In this document: positions 1 through 9,833 of the stretch, piece after piece
Numbering within the stretch: the first letter of the stretch is position 1
How the letters are laid out: each line of letters begins with the position of its first letter
Assembly: GCA_964486335.1 (NCBI GenBank)
Contig: CAZAMB010000001.1
Location: forward strand, 231,979-295,978
Length of the DNA: 64,000 bases
Reading direction: 5' to 3'
From: an uncultured Phycisphaera sp.
GTDB taxonomy: Bacteria; Planctomycetota; Phycisphaerae; UBA1845
Made by a program: the position numbers and the translations under genes
The notes under the pieces: generated by a model
What the model was told of the DNA's origin: nothing
Database searches by the model: none
Seen by the model: only the letters and a program-made list of their open reading frames with translations

Positions 1-168
1 CAAAGGATGCTAAATGATTGCCATTGCTGACAGGCAAGTCAAGCTTCGGGTTGTTGGATGCGGCCTGCTCGTCCAATCCAATTCGGAACGCCTCGAAATG
101 CGACGTGGGGGCATGCCGAGAATGGCAACCCATCTGGCAAAGCGAGGCGAAACCGTTACAATGCTCGT

Positions 169-735
169 ATGTCCACAACCACTATCGAAAAAGACTGTAC
201 AGCCAAGATGACCAAGGCCATCGAGTTCCTCAAACAGGAGCTTCGCGGCATCCGCACGGGCCGGGCCCATCCCGGACTCGTCGAACACATCCGCATCGAA
301 GTCGCCAGCTACGGAAGCTCGATGGAACTCCGCGAGCTGGCCACCATCAGCGTTCCGGAACCGAGCACGCTGCTTGTCAAACCGTTCGACCCCGGCACGC
401 TCAAGGACATCGAAAAGGGCTTGCAAACCTCCAGCCTCGGCGTGACGCCGCAGAGCGACGGCAAGGCCATCCGCCTGCCGATCCCGCCGCTTTCGGGCGA
501 GCGGCGCCAGCAGCTTCTTCAACAAGTCAAGAAAATGGCCGAGGCACAGAAGGTGGCTGTCCGCAACCACCGCCGCGACGCCAACAAGGCCGTCGAAGCG
601 GTCGAGAAGGAAAAAACCATTAGCGAGGATCAGGCCAAGGACGCCAAAGACCGCATCCAGAAACTGACCACCAAACACGAATTAGAAATCGACGCCGTCG
701 TCGCGACCAAGACGAAGGAAATCGAAGAAGTGTGA
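169..735 (+). CDS. frr: ribosome recycling factor
   Basis: 188-aa reading frame from ATG 169, inside track ORF 58..735. The full-length sequence is RRF-like (MSTTTIEKDC..LRGIRTGRAHPGLVEHIRIE..IRLPIPPLSGERRQQL..). The 37 upstream codons of the track ORF look non-coding. Confidence 0.93.
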   Translation: MSTTTIEKDCTAKMTKAIEFLKQELRGIRTGRAHPGLVEHIRIEVASYGSSMELRELATISVPEPSTLLVKPFDPGTLKDIEKGLQTSSLGVTPQSDGKAIRLPIPPLSGERRQQLLQQVKKMAEAQKVAVRNHRRDANKAVEAVEKEKTISEDQAKDAKDRIQKLTTKHELEIDAVVATKTKEIEEV

Positions 736-779
736 CCTGATCGACCTTGCGTTTCCGCAGCCGAACTCGGACCGTTCGA

Positions 780-1853
780 CTACTTGGACCGTTCAAAAAC
801 GGCGGGGTCTACGTTGATATTCAACTCCAGTTTGTCGTACTTGCGGGCCAATCCGTCAGCGGCTTTACCATTGAACTGGACAGCGTAAGACAAAGGTAAC
901 GTGATGCCGTCCGAGGTTTGGTGATCGGCGAATGTCCGGACCACGTCACCAATCGTCATGTTCGCGCCCCGGCCGCGAAACGCCGCCGAAATCACCCGCC
1001 CATTCTCCACGTCGATCGCCAATCTGGTCGCCACGGCAGCAAACCAGACATCAACGTATTCCACCGCGCGATCGTTAATAATGCCCCGCCCGGCGCCTGA
1101 GGCAACAAAGCCGACACGAGACCGGGCCTTGAGTATCACCACGGGATCGTGGAACAGCTCCCGTTCCAGGGCCGCACGCTGCTGTCGGTGCATGGACCAA
1201 ACCTCGTCCGAGGCGAAAAATGCGTCATTTTCCGTGATCACGGCCGCCCAGCGCGATTCATTCCAGTCATCGTCGATGCGAAATCGCGAAGGAAAGACAA
1301 TCGTCCATTTCTTGCGGTTCACGTAATCCTTTCCGCTGTGCGTCGTCGTTGATGTTGCGGAGGCCTGCAGGCTCACCAGCGACGCCAGCGCCTTCTCGCC
1401 GCCGACACCATTGACCGCAAGGTCGATCAATTCCCGACCTCTCCGCAGCGCATCGGCATCCGCAATCACTCGCTGGTCCGGTCGATCGAGAAAATCTCCC
1501 GGCGCCGACATGAATCGCTTGCGGCACGCTTCGGAAGCGAAAAGGTAGATTTTTCTGTCATGTACGCCGAAGAGCTCCGTCGTGCCTTCGCCGGTGAGCG
1601 GACCCATGCGGGCGCATGCTCCACCAAGTTGAATCTCATATTTTTCGGGATCGGCGACAAACGCGTCGAGATTCGCCTTGGTCGAAAACTGATATTTGTA
1701 GCGGCCATGTTCCGTGGAGAATTTCGGCTCCCCGTTCACTTCATTCCCAGCGATCAACTCGACCGCGTCCACCTTGAAAATGCGGGTCGCTTCCGACCGA
1801 CCACAAAAAAGCAGGGCACCGATCATCAATGAACTGGTCGCAACGATGTGCAT
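780..1853 (-). CDS. secreted protein with two YHS-like motifs (function unknown)
   Basis: Internal ATG at 1853 gives the signal-peptide-like start MHIVATSSLMIGALLFCGRSEA. Two segments resemble YHS-domain ends (YKYQFSTKANLDAFVADPEKY and IYLFASEACRKRFMSAPGDF). The C-terminal 250 aa are unassigned. Confidence 0.5.
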   Translation of the reverse strand: MHIVATSSLMIGALLFCGRSEATRIFKVDAVELIAGNEVNGEPKFSTEHGRYKYQFSTKANLDAFVADPEKYEIQLGGACARMGPLTGEGTTELFGVHDRKIYLFASEACRKRFMSAPGDFLDRPDQRVIADADALRRGRELIDLAVNGVGGEKALASLVSLQASATSTTTHSGKDYVNRKKWTIVFPSRFRIDDDWNESRWAAVITENDAFFASDEVWSMHRQQRAALERELFHDPVVILKARSRVGFVASGAGRGIINDRAVEYVDVWFAAVATRLAIDVENGRVISAAFRGRGANMTIGDVVRTFADHQTSDGITLPLSYAVQFNGKAADGLARKYDKLELNINVDPAVFERSK

Positions 1854-1954
1854 ATGAAAACGCCTCCTTGCTGGTACGATAGACGGGTTGGCTGTATGCA
1901 ACAAGCAGGGCCGCACCGCAGCCGACGGCCGGGAATGGACCGAACGGAAAAACC

Positions 1955-4762
1955 ATGGAATTGAGAGCAGGACAAATCCTCGGACCCTACGAAATTGCCG
2001 CTCCACTCGGTGCAGGCGGCATGGGCGAGGTTTACCGTGCGAAGGATTCCCGTCTCGACCGCGAAGTGGCGATCAAGGTCCTGCCGGAGGCATTCTCCCG
2101 TGACCCTGAGCGTCTTGCCCGTTTTCAACGAGAAGCCAGGGTGCTCGCTTCGCTCAATCATCCCAACATCGCCGCCCTCTACGGCTTCGAGGAGGCAGAC
2201 AAAAAGAGCTTCCTCGTCATGGAACTCGTCGAGGGCGAAACGCTGGCCGACAGCCTTCGTCGCGGCGTGCTCACCGTCGAAGACGCTTTGGAAATCGCCA
2301 GGCAGATCGCAGAAGCCCTCGAGGCAGCTCACGACAAGGGCGTCATCCACCGCGATCTCAAGCCAGCCAATGTGAAAAAATCGCCCGAAGGCAAAGTCAA
2401 AGTGCTCGACTTCGGATTGGCCAAGGCGATGACGGGAGAGGCAACAGGTACGGACACGGCCAACTCCCCCACGATCACTGCGAACTTCACTCGCCCCGGA
2501 ATCATCATGGGGACGGCCGCCTACATGAGCCCCGAGCAGGCCCGCGGCAAATCGCTCGACAAGCGGACGGACATTTGGTCCTTCGGTTGCATGCTGTATG
2601 AGTTCCTCACCGGCCAGCGGGTCTTCGGTGGAGAGACGACCAGCGACGCAATTGGAGCGATTCTGCACAAGGAACCTGATTGGGGATGCCTTCCGCCGAA
2701 CACGCCGCCCACCGTACAATTGCTTCTTCGCCGCTGTCTGGCGAAGGATCGCAACCAACGCCTGCGCGACATTGGCGATGCGCGGATTGAAATCGCCAAC
2801 GCGATCAGTGATCCGACCTCTTCGTCCCTCGGCCTGGCCGTTTCGGCGTTAACTTCCGACGATCGAAGCCGCAAAGGTCACGGTCGCGCTGCGTTTCGCC
2901 TCATGGTCGTGCTCGCGCTCGCCGTCGCCGCCGCGATCAGCGCCTGGACCCTCAAACCCGCGCCCCGCTCCGTCGGACCGATTCGAGCGGAAATTCCTAC
3001 TCCCCTGGACGCGCGCGTTCTTTATGTAGGAGATTCGGCCGGATCGGCGGTGGTCTCGCCCGACGGAACCATGATCGCCTTTGTTGCCCAGCAACAGGGA
3101 AGTCGCCAACAGATTTGGCTCCGCCGACTTCGAGAATCGGTATCGCGCCCTCTGCGGGACACGGAGCGTGCAACGTTTCCGTTCTGGTCGCCCGACGGAA
3201 AATCTCTCGCTTTCTTTGCCTCTGGAAAACTCAGAAGGGTGGACCTGTTGACCGGAACCGCGATGTCTCTTTGTGACGCTCGCAGCGGACGCGGCGGCGC
3301 CTGGCTTTCCAACGGCACCATCCTCTTTGCGCCCGACGTTCAGGACGGACTGTACGGAGTTTCCGCTACCGGAGGCACGCCGGTACGCGTGACGCAAGTC
3401 GATCCGCAATTGCACACGAGTCATCGTTGGCCGGCCGATGCCGGCGATGGAAACCAGTTCCTTTTCACTGCCATCAATCATGATCCGTCCAAGTCGGAAA
3501 ACGCAGGCATCTACCTCGGTTCACTGGATGCCGCGCTGCCCAAGCGCATCGAGCCAAGTCTGCTGAACGCCCAATATGTGCTCGGCCACATGCTCTTCGT
3601 TCGCGATACCGTCCTGATGGCAGCGCCGTTCGATCCGTCCACCGGAACGCTTCGCGGTGACTCTCTGCCGATCGCCAACGATGTCACGCCGGACCTTTCG
3701 ACCTGGCATGCGGCGTTTTCCGCTTCGCAAGTCGGTGTGCTCGCCTATCACCCCATGGTGAAGAATCAGGCAAGCAAGGAGAAAGCCGCGGGCACCTCGC
3801 TGGGCGGCGGATCCGAAGCCAATGTCGCCGTCAAGTACGATCGGACCGGTCAGGCTCGCTCGCGCATCGCGGAGGGCGTTCGACAAATCGACCTGCGCGT
3901 CGGGCCGAATGCGCTGATCGCCGTTAGCGTCGTCGACAATCGCGAATTCGGCACGGATCTTTGGGTTTACGGATTGGGGGACAGAGGCGCGGCGGCTCCC
4001 GATCCGTCGACCGCACGGCGCGTAACTTCGCTGCCGTTTGTTGAATGCGCCCCGGTCTGGTCGCCCGACGGTACCGAACTGGCATTCAGTAACATGTATG
4101 TCGGAAACGGAGTTGATGCGATCTACCGAAAAAAAATCGGCGGAGGTGTAGAGCACAAGCTGGTGGAATCGCTTAAGAGTAGCGATCAGATCTGGCCGAC
4201 TGATTGGACTCCGGACGGAAGATATCTCCTCTATTCGACGGGGGTGTTCGTGGCCCGGCTGGGCACAGACATTCATGTACTACCACTGGACGGAGGGGAC
4301 CCGATTCCGCTCCTTTGCACGGATCGGGACGAGTCTGACGCACGTGTCTCTCCGGATGGAAAATGGATGACCTACTACTCCGGTGCCGGAGACCAAAAGG
4401 AAGTCTATGTTGTTCCGTTCCAGCCTGAGAACGGCCCGATTCCGCTGGACAAGAACACCGGAATGCCGGTCGTACATTGGCAAATCTCCGTGGGCGGCGG
4501 AAGGGCGCCGACGTGGCGTGGAGACGGCAAGGAACTCTGCTACATCTCGGAAGACGGTGAATTGATGGCTGTAAGTGTCGATACGAATGCTGATTCGTTC
4601 TCGGTCGGCGCCACCACCAGGTTGTTCCAGACCGCATACGAGGCCGGAACGTCGTACGATGTGGAACCGGACGGTGAGCGATTCATCTTCAACGAAGTGA
4701 CCGTCGACGTCGAGACGCCGATCTCGCTGATTCTCAATTGGAACGAGTTGTTGAGACAATGA
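1955..4762 (+). CDS. Ser/Thr protein kinase with TM helix and TolB-like (PD40/WD40-like) beta-propeller ectodomain
   Basis: Hanks kinase motifs are present: GAGGMGEVYRA, VAIKVL, HRDLKPANV, DFGLAK, YMSPEQ. A TM segment (FRLMVVLALAVAAAISAW) follows. SPDG/TPDG repeats then recur (SPDGTMIAF, SPDGKSLAF, SPDGTELAF, TPDGRYLLY, SPDGKWMTY). Confidence 0.9.
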   Translation: MELRAGQILGPYEIAAPLGAGGMGEVYRAKDSRLDREVAIKVLPEAFSRDPERLARFQREARVLASLNHPNIAALYGFEEADKKSFLVMELVEGETLADSLRRGVLTVEDALEIARQIAEALEAAHDKGVIHRDLKPANVKKSPEGKVKVLDFGLAKAMTGEATGTDTANSPTITANFTRPGIIMGTAAYMSPEQARGKSLDKRTDIWSFGCMLYEFLTGQRVFGGETTSDAIGAILHKEPDWGCLPPNTPPTVQLLLRRCLAKDRNQRLRDIGDARIEIANAISDPTSSSLGLAVSALTSDDRSRKGHGRAAFRLMVVLALAVAAAISAWTLKPAPRSVGPIRAEIPTPLDARVLYVGDSAGSAVVSPDGTMIAFVAQQQGSRQQIWLRRLRESVSRPLRDTERATFPFWSPDGKSLAFFASGKLRRVDLLTGTAMSLCDARSGRGGAWLSNGTILFAPDVQDGLYGVSATGGTPVRVTQVDPQLHTSHRWPADAGDGNQFLFTAINHDPSKSENAGIYLGSLDAALPKRIEPSLLNAQYVLGHMLFVRDTVLMAAPFDPSTGTLRGDSLPIANDVTPDLSTWHAAFSASQVGVLAYHPMVKNQASKEKAAGTSLGGGSEANVAVKYDRTGQARSRIAEGVRQIDLRVGPNALIAVSVVDNREFGTDLWVYGLGDRGAAAPDPSTARRVTSLPFVECAPVWSPDGTELAFSNMYVGNGVDAIYRKKIGGGVEHKLVESLKSSDQIWPTDWTPDGRYLLYSTGVFVARLGTDIHVLPLDGGDPIPLLCTDRDESDARVSPDGKWMTYYSGAGDQKEVYVVPFQPENGPIPLDKNTGMPVVHWQISVGGGRAPTWRGDGKELCYISEDGELMAVSVDTNADSFSVGATTRLFQTAYEAGTSYDVEPDGERFIFNEVTVDVETPISLILNWNELLRQ

Positions 4763-7488
4763 GTCTGACGGCGGGCACGAAACTCGGTCCTTACGGAATC
4801 CTCGCTCCTCTCGGCGCCGGGGGAATGGGCGAGGTCTATCGCGCGCGGGATTCTCGGCTCGACCGCGACGTGGCCATCAAGGTCCTGCCCGAGGCCTTCT
4901 CGCGTGATCCCGAGCGCGTTGCTCGTTTCGAGCGCGAGGCCAAGCTCCTCGCGTCGCTCAATCATCCCAACATCGCCGCCGTGTACGGTTTTGAGCAGGC
5001 CGGAGACAAACGGCTGCTCGTGCTCGAACTCGTCGAAGGGGAGACGCTCGCCGATCGACTGAAAGTCGGCCCGATGGCCATCGACGAGGCGCTCGCAACG
5101 GCCAAACAGATCGCCGAAGCCCTGGAGTCCGCGCATGAACAGGGAATCATCCACCGCGACCTGAAGCCGGGCAACATCAAAATCACGCCCGAAGGGAAAG
5201 TGAAGGTACTCGATTTCGGGCTGGCCAAGGCGATGGCCGCGGATGATCGATCGCATACCGCGGTTGCCAACTCGCCGACGATCACAGCCGATTTCACCCG
5301 CCCCGGTGTGATCATGGGCACGGCGGCATACATGAGCCCGGAACAGGCGCGAGGGAAAGCCGTCGATAAGCGAACCGATATCTGGTCGTTCGGTTGTGTG
5401 CTCTACGAATGCCTCGGAGGGCGCAAGCCGTTCGACGGCGAAACCTCCACGGACCTGATCGCCAGGATTCTCGAGCGCGATCCAGACTGGTCGCGCCTGC
5501 CGCCGAAAACACCTCCCACGGCTCAGTTGCTCATGCGCCGGTGCCTGGCAAAGGACCGCAACAAACGACTTCGCGACATCGGCGACGCACGCATCGAGCT
5601 GGAATCGGCACTGGCGGACCCGACGTCCAGCGGCCTCTTGTTCGCTGGCGCGGTCGTGGCCGGCCGATCGGGAAGACGCGGGCGCGGCGTCGGACTCCTT
5701 ATGGGGCTGCTTGTGGCGACGGCTCTGCTGGGTTCTGGTCTCGGATGGTGGTTGCGTGCGTCTCGCGAATCGGTGTCTGCGCCGGCCATCGTCCGTTTCA
5801 ACGTGGATGCTCCTGCGCCGTTTGAGTTTCGCATTGGAGAAAGATACGACTCAAGTTCCTTTTGTTTGGATGACGACGGTACGATGCTCGCGTTTTCCGC
5901 ATTTGCGGAAGGTTCGAGCCGCATCTTCGTTCGCAAGTTCTCCGAAAACGAGGCCCGTGCCCTGCCCGGCACCGAGGGCGGGTGGAATCCTTTCTTTTCA
6001 CCGGACGGCCGTTGGGTCGGGTACTTCATGGGCGGAAAGCTGATGAAAGCGCCGGTCAGCGGCGGGCCGGCGATGACATTATGCGATGCGACGGCCACCA
6101 ACGCGGCATGGCTGGAAGATGGAACAATTGTCTATGGAGACTCAGGCGGGCGCAGACTGCTCCGCGTCGGCGAGATGGGTGGGATGCCGAAGGAACTCGC
6201 GATCGCCGGTCAATCACGCAGATCCGTGGACGGCAAGCAACTTCTACTCGGGTTCCAATCGGTTTGCGCCATTCCGGCGGCGGACTATGTGCTGGCCGGG
6301 GTCTGGGATGGCACGACCATTGAGGATTATGCCATCGTTTCAGTCTCCCTTGCCGATGGAACAGTTCGCTCGTTGATGCAGCACGGGGTCGATCCAAAGT
6401 TCATCGCTCCAGGAACGCTCGTATTTTTGCGAGGGTCTTCGGTCATGGAGGTCCCTTTCGACGCCAAAACAGCCAGTCTGACTGGCGAACCTAGGGAAGT
6501 GATTGGAGGCGTCGTTTGCAGCAAATGGGCTGACGATGCGTTGTTCACGGCTTCCGCAAACGGCACATTGGCTTTTATGCCCGGAGGACGTCAGGGGCCC
6601 GATCGCCGCTTGATTCGCGTTGATTCCACCGGAAAGAGCGAACCGCTAACGGAAACGGCCGATGCCATTGTGGGTGGAATGCGCCTCTCGCCCGACGGGC
6701 GCGATCTGATTCTGATCACCCTGCGACGGAACATCGATCTCTGGAGTTTCAATCTGGCGCGCCGATCCCTGACGCTGGTGAACAACATGGGCGAGAGCTG
6801 GAGTCCCGTGTGGACGCCCGACGGATCGGCCATACTGTTCGGACAGATCGTGCCCGAAAAACCCCGGACCGTGGTTAAGAAACGTGTGGACGGTAGCGCG
6901 GCGGTCGAGCCGGTGCCGATCGAAGGCGATGATGAAATAAACCCAAACTCCTTTTCCGCGGACGGAACCCAATTGCTCGTGACCTTGGACGAAGTATCGC
7001 AGGAACGGCGCAGCGACATCGCTCTCATTCCGTGGGGAAAACCGGGTCCGCCCCAGATTGTCTTGGGCAGTGCCGCCGACGAGTCCAACGCGAAGTTTGC
7101 TCCCGACGGTGCCCATTTCGCGTTTGTTTCAAACGAAACCGGTCGGTACGAAGTCTTCGTGCGTTCCTTGTCGAACTCCGGGTCAAAATGGCAAGTCTCG
7201 CAAGCGGGCGGTCACGAGCCGGTCTGGTCGCGCGATGGCAGGAAGCTCTTTTTTCTGGATCACAAAGGCATCCTGCTTGCCGCCTCCGTGGATTGGGATT
7301 CCGGGCCGAAGTTTTCAGCGCCCGAGAAATTATTCGACACGGCGGGAATCGCCACGACCGACCTTTGGGGCGTCTATGACGTTCTTCCCGACGGCGATTT
7401 CGTGATGGTCCAGCCCGCCGCCTGGGAAAAACAGGCCCCGCGCATCCATGTCGTGCTCAACTGGCGGGAGGAACTCAAAAAACGATGA
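4759..7488 (+). CDS. Ser/Thr protein kinase with TM helix and TolB-like beta-propeller ectodomain (paralog of 1955..4762)
   Basis: Start ATG 4759 overlaps the upstream stop in an ATGA junction (stop 4760-4762). The N-terminus is nearly identical to the upstream gene (GPYGILAPLGAGGMGEVYRARDSRLDRDVAIKVLPEAFSRDPER). A TM segment (LLMGLLVATALLGSGLGWWL) and SPDG repeats (SPDGRWVGY, SPDGRDLIL, TPDGSAILF, APDGAHFAF) follow. Confidence 0.9.
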   Translation: MSLTAGTKLGPYGILAPLGAGGMGEVYRARDSRLDRDVAIKVLPEAFSRDPERVARFEREAKLLASLNHPNIAAVYGFEQAGDKRLLVLELVEGETLADRLKVGPMAIDEALATAKQIAEALESAHEQGIIHRDLKPGNIKITPEGKVKVLDFGLAKAMAADDRSHTAVANSPTITADFTRPGVIMGTAAYMSPEQARGKAVDKRTDIWSFGCVLYECLGGRKPFDGETSTDLIARILERDPDWSRLPPKTPPTAQLLMRRCLAKDRNKRLRDIGDARIELESALADPTSSGLLFAGAVVAGRSGRRGRGVGLLMGLLVATALLGSGLGWWLRASRESVSAPAIVRFNVDAPAPFEFRIGERYDSSSFCLDDDGTMLAFSAFAEGSSRIFVRKFSENEARALPGTEGGWNPFFSPDGRWVGYFMGGKLMKAPVSGGPAMTLCDATATNAAWLEDGTIVYGDSGGRRLLRVGEMGGMPKELAIAGQSRRSVDGKQLLLGFQSVCAIPAADYVLAGVWDGTTIEDYAIVSVSLADGTVRSLMQHGVDPKFIAPGTLVFLRGSSVMEVPFDAKTASLTGEPREVIGGVVCSKWADDALFTASANGTLAFMPGGRQGPDRRLIRVDSTGKSEPLTETADAIVGGMRLSPDGRDLILITLRRNIDLWSFNLARRSLTLVNNMGESWSPVWTPDGSAILFGQIVPEKPRTVVKKRVDGSAAVEPVPIEGDDEINPNSFSADGTQLLVTLDEVSQERRSDIALIPWGKPGPPQIVLGSAADESNAKFAPDGAHFAFVSNETGRYEVFVRSLSNSGSKWQVSQAGGHEPVWSRDGRKLFFLDHKGILLAASVDWDSGPKFSAPEKLFDTAGIATTDLWGVYDVLPDGDFVMVQPAAWEKQAPRIHVVLNWREELKKR

Positions 7489-7599
7489 CCCCGACGGCCC
7501 GAGAATCTCAACCCTTGCGAGTTTGCCTTTGCTTCCGGTGCGTATCGGCGATCCTCCCGGTACTGCCATTCCCTGCCGCCCCACATTTTCGCAGATTTT

Positions 7600-7628
7600 T
7601 TGTGAATTAAACGCAAAACGGCTATCAT
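7600..7628 (+). promoter_or_regulatory. putative sigma70-like promoter upstream of nadA
   Basis: TTGTGA (7600-7605), a 17-nt spacer, then TATCAT (7623-7628). It lies in an AT-richer patch about 85 nt upstream of the nadA ATG. Confidence 0.25.
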
Positions 7629-7711
7629 TATTAGACGAGCGGCGGTTTGTGGGTCAGCATTGCTGGTTCGCCGACATACGTAACGTCGCCGGGCACGGAA
7701 CCGAATTCACC

Positions 7712-8824
7712 ATGCTCTTTCAACCACCGCTTCCGCCCAAGTACGCCTCGCTCACGCCCGACGAGCTCACCCTCGCCGTCGCCGAGCGAAAACGCCAACT
7801 CGGCAAGCGCCTCGTCATCCTGGGCCACCACTACCAGCAGGACGAAGTCATCCAATTCGCCGACTTCACCGGCGACAGTCTGAAGCTGTCGCAAATTGGG
7901 GCAAAGCAAAAAGACGCCGAGTTCATCGTCTTCTGCGGCGTCCACTTCATGGCCGAGTCCGCCGACATCCTCACCGAAGACCGCGTCGCCGTGATCCTCC
8001 CCGATCTCTCTGCCGGTTGCAGCATGGCCGACATGGCCGAGATCGATCAGCTTGAGGAAGCGTGGGAGTTCCTGGTGGATGAGTGCGGAGCCGACGTCGC
8101 GCCCATCACCTACGTCAACTCTGCCGCTTCCATCAAAGCCTTCTGCGGCGGCCACGGCGGCGCCTGCTGTACAAGCAGCAACGCCCGCAAAGTCCTTGAA
8201 TGGGCCTTGTCCCAATCCGAAAAAGTCATCTTCCTTCCCGATCAACATCTAGGCCGCAACACCGGCTACGCGATGGGCATCGCGCTCGACGACATGGTTG
8301 TTTACGATCCGCGCCGGCCAAACGGCGGATTAACTCCTCAACAAGCCCGCGACGCCAAAGTGTTCCTCTGGAAAGGCCATTGCAGCGTGCACGGCCTGTT
8401 CAGCGTCGCCCAATGCGACGACATTCGCCGAACCGATCCCGACTGCCGCATCCTGGTTCACCCCGAGTGTCCGTGGGAAGTTGTCCAGAAGGCCGACCTT
8501 GCCGGAAGCACCGAGTTCATCATCAAGACCGTCACCGAGTCGCCCGTCGGTTCCCGCTGGGCGATCGGCACCGAGATTCACCTCGTCAATCGCCTCGCAA
8601 GCAATAACCCTGACAAAATGGTCCGCTCTCTCGCCGGAATACAGTGTCTCTGCACAACCATGTACCGCATCGACCTGCGGCACCTCTTATGGGTGCTCGA
8701 CGAATTGACGGCCGGGAGAATAGTCAATCGAATTATGGTAGACTTGGAAACGAAGCGACTGGCCCGAGTTGCCTTGGAGCGCATGCTTGCCAATGTTGCG
8801 GCGCAACCGGTCGCCATTAAATAA
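7712..8824 (+). CDS. nadA: quinolinate synthase
   Basis: 370-aa frame from ATG 7712 (MLFQPPLPPKYASLTPDEL..). NadA-like blocks are present: LVILGHHYQQDEVIQFADFTGDSL, VFCGVHFMAESADIL, CSMADM, YVNSAA, CTSSNA, FLPDQHLGRN, HPECP. Confidence 0.9.
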   Translation: MLFQPPLPPKYASLTPDELTLAVAERKRQLGKRLVILGHHYQQDEVIQFADFTGDSLKLSQIGAKQKDAEFIVFCGVHFMAESADILTEDRVAVILPDLSAGCSMADMAEIDQLEEAWEFLVDECGADVAPITYVNSAASIKAFCGGHGGACCTSSNARKVLEWALSQSEKVIFLPDQHLGRNTGYAMGIALDDMVVYDPRRPNGGLTPQQARDAKVFLWKGHCSVHGLFSVAQCDDIRRTDPDCRILVHPECPWEVVQKADLAGSTEFIIKTVTESPVGSRWAIGTEIHLVNRLASNNPDKMVRSLAGIQCLCTTMYRIDLRHLLWVLDELTAGRIVNRIMVDLETKRLARVALERMLANVAAQPVAIK

Positions 8825-8845
8825 GGGGAGGATCGACCGGCTCAC

Positions 8846-9559
8846 GTGCGAAATTACCGGAACATCGCAACCCAACCGCCTGATTCGTCGATGATACCCC
8901 GTGACCGCCCCGACCCGGCGGATCGGGAGAAAACCGCCCAAGACGCGGCTTCCATCATGATCGGCATCGCTTCGCTTACAGGACGCCCCGCGTTTTCCGC
9001 GGCCGCCGTGTCGGATTCGCCCGCTCGCACCGGCGAAATGGCCGCCCCCTGGGCCGCCATTCCCGGCGGCGTCATCGACGGCGGCGAACTGGTACTTCTG
9101 GCCATCAAGCCTTCCATGTGGCGTCCGCTGTTCGACTCGGCCGCGTGGGTCGTGGGCAGTTGGATCGTCGCCGCGGTCGTTGCGGTTCTGGAAAGGCCTC
9201 TGCCCGGTCTCTCCGCCGCGCTGACCATTCAGATCATCCTGACCATCGGCGCGCTCGGCCTGGCGCTGGCCATCGTACGCTGGATTCCGACCTGGTACGT
9301 CCTTACCAACCGTCGCATCATCGACATCGGCGGCATTCGCAAGCCGCGCATCGGCTCCTGCGAATTGCTCGACATTCGCAATACCTACGTCCACGCCTCG
9401 ATCGAAGAAAAAGTGACAAGCCTTGGCACCATCAGCTTCGCTTTCGACAAGCCTGATCACCGCCCGCGCCTATGGCGATCCATCGCTCGTCCGGTCGAGG
9501 TCCACGCCAAGGTCCGCCGCGCCATCGAAAACGCCATCGATCATTACGGCATCGAATAG
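8846..9559 (+). CDS. membrane protein with bacterial PH-like (YdbS/YdbT-type) domain
   Basis: Two hydrophobic helices (AAWVVGSWIVAAVVAVL and IILTIGALGLALAIV) are followed by WYVLTNRRIIDIGGIRKPRIGSCELLDIRN..GTISF, which is typical of bPH_2-type domains. The GTG start at 8846 is uncertain. Confidence 0.6.
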   Translation: MRNYRNIATQPPDSSMIPRDRPDPADREKTAQDAASIMIGIASLTGRPAFSAAAVSDSPARTGEMAAPWAAIPGGVIDGGELVLLAIKPSMWRPLFDSAAWVVGSWIVAAVVAVLERPLPGLSAALTIQIILTIGALGLALAIVRWIPTWYVLTNRRIIDIGGIRKPRIGSCELLDIRNTYVHASIEEKVTSLGTISFAFDKPDHRPRLWRSIARPVEVHAKVRRAIENAIDHYGIE

Positions 9560-9738
9560 TTCCAATTCACGCAACATCCGTTGCGAAGTTCCGCACCGCG
9601 ACCCTCGGCTATTCCCCTTTCCATGGCGGATTAAAGGGCTTGCTTGCTACATTCGACCCATGCTCCGGGTGCCGAAACGTCGCTCTTTGCGCAAAATGCC
9701 ACAAGCCCAGTCTCTGCCACGATTTTCACAAGAAAAGA

Positions 9739-9767
9739 TTGAAATCTGACTGAATACTCGGTACAAT
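9739..9767 (+). promoter_or_regulatory. putative sigma70-like promoter of the triple-module gene
   Basis: TTGAAA (9739-9744), an exact 17-nt spacer, then TACAAT (9762-9767). An AAGGAG ribosome-binding site sits at 9821-9826, 7 nt before ATG 9834. Confidence 0.4.
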
Positions 9768-9833
9768 CGGCCCACCCGAGCCCGCGAGCGACGCACCCAA
9801 CATGACGGTCTCCGTTTCCGAAGGAGTGCGGTG

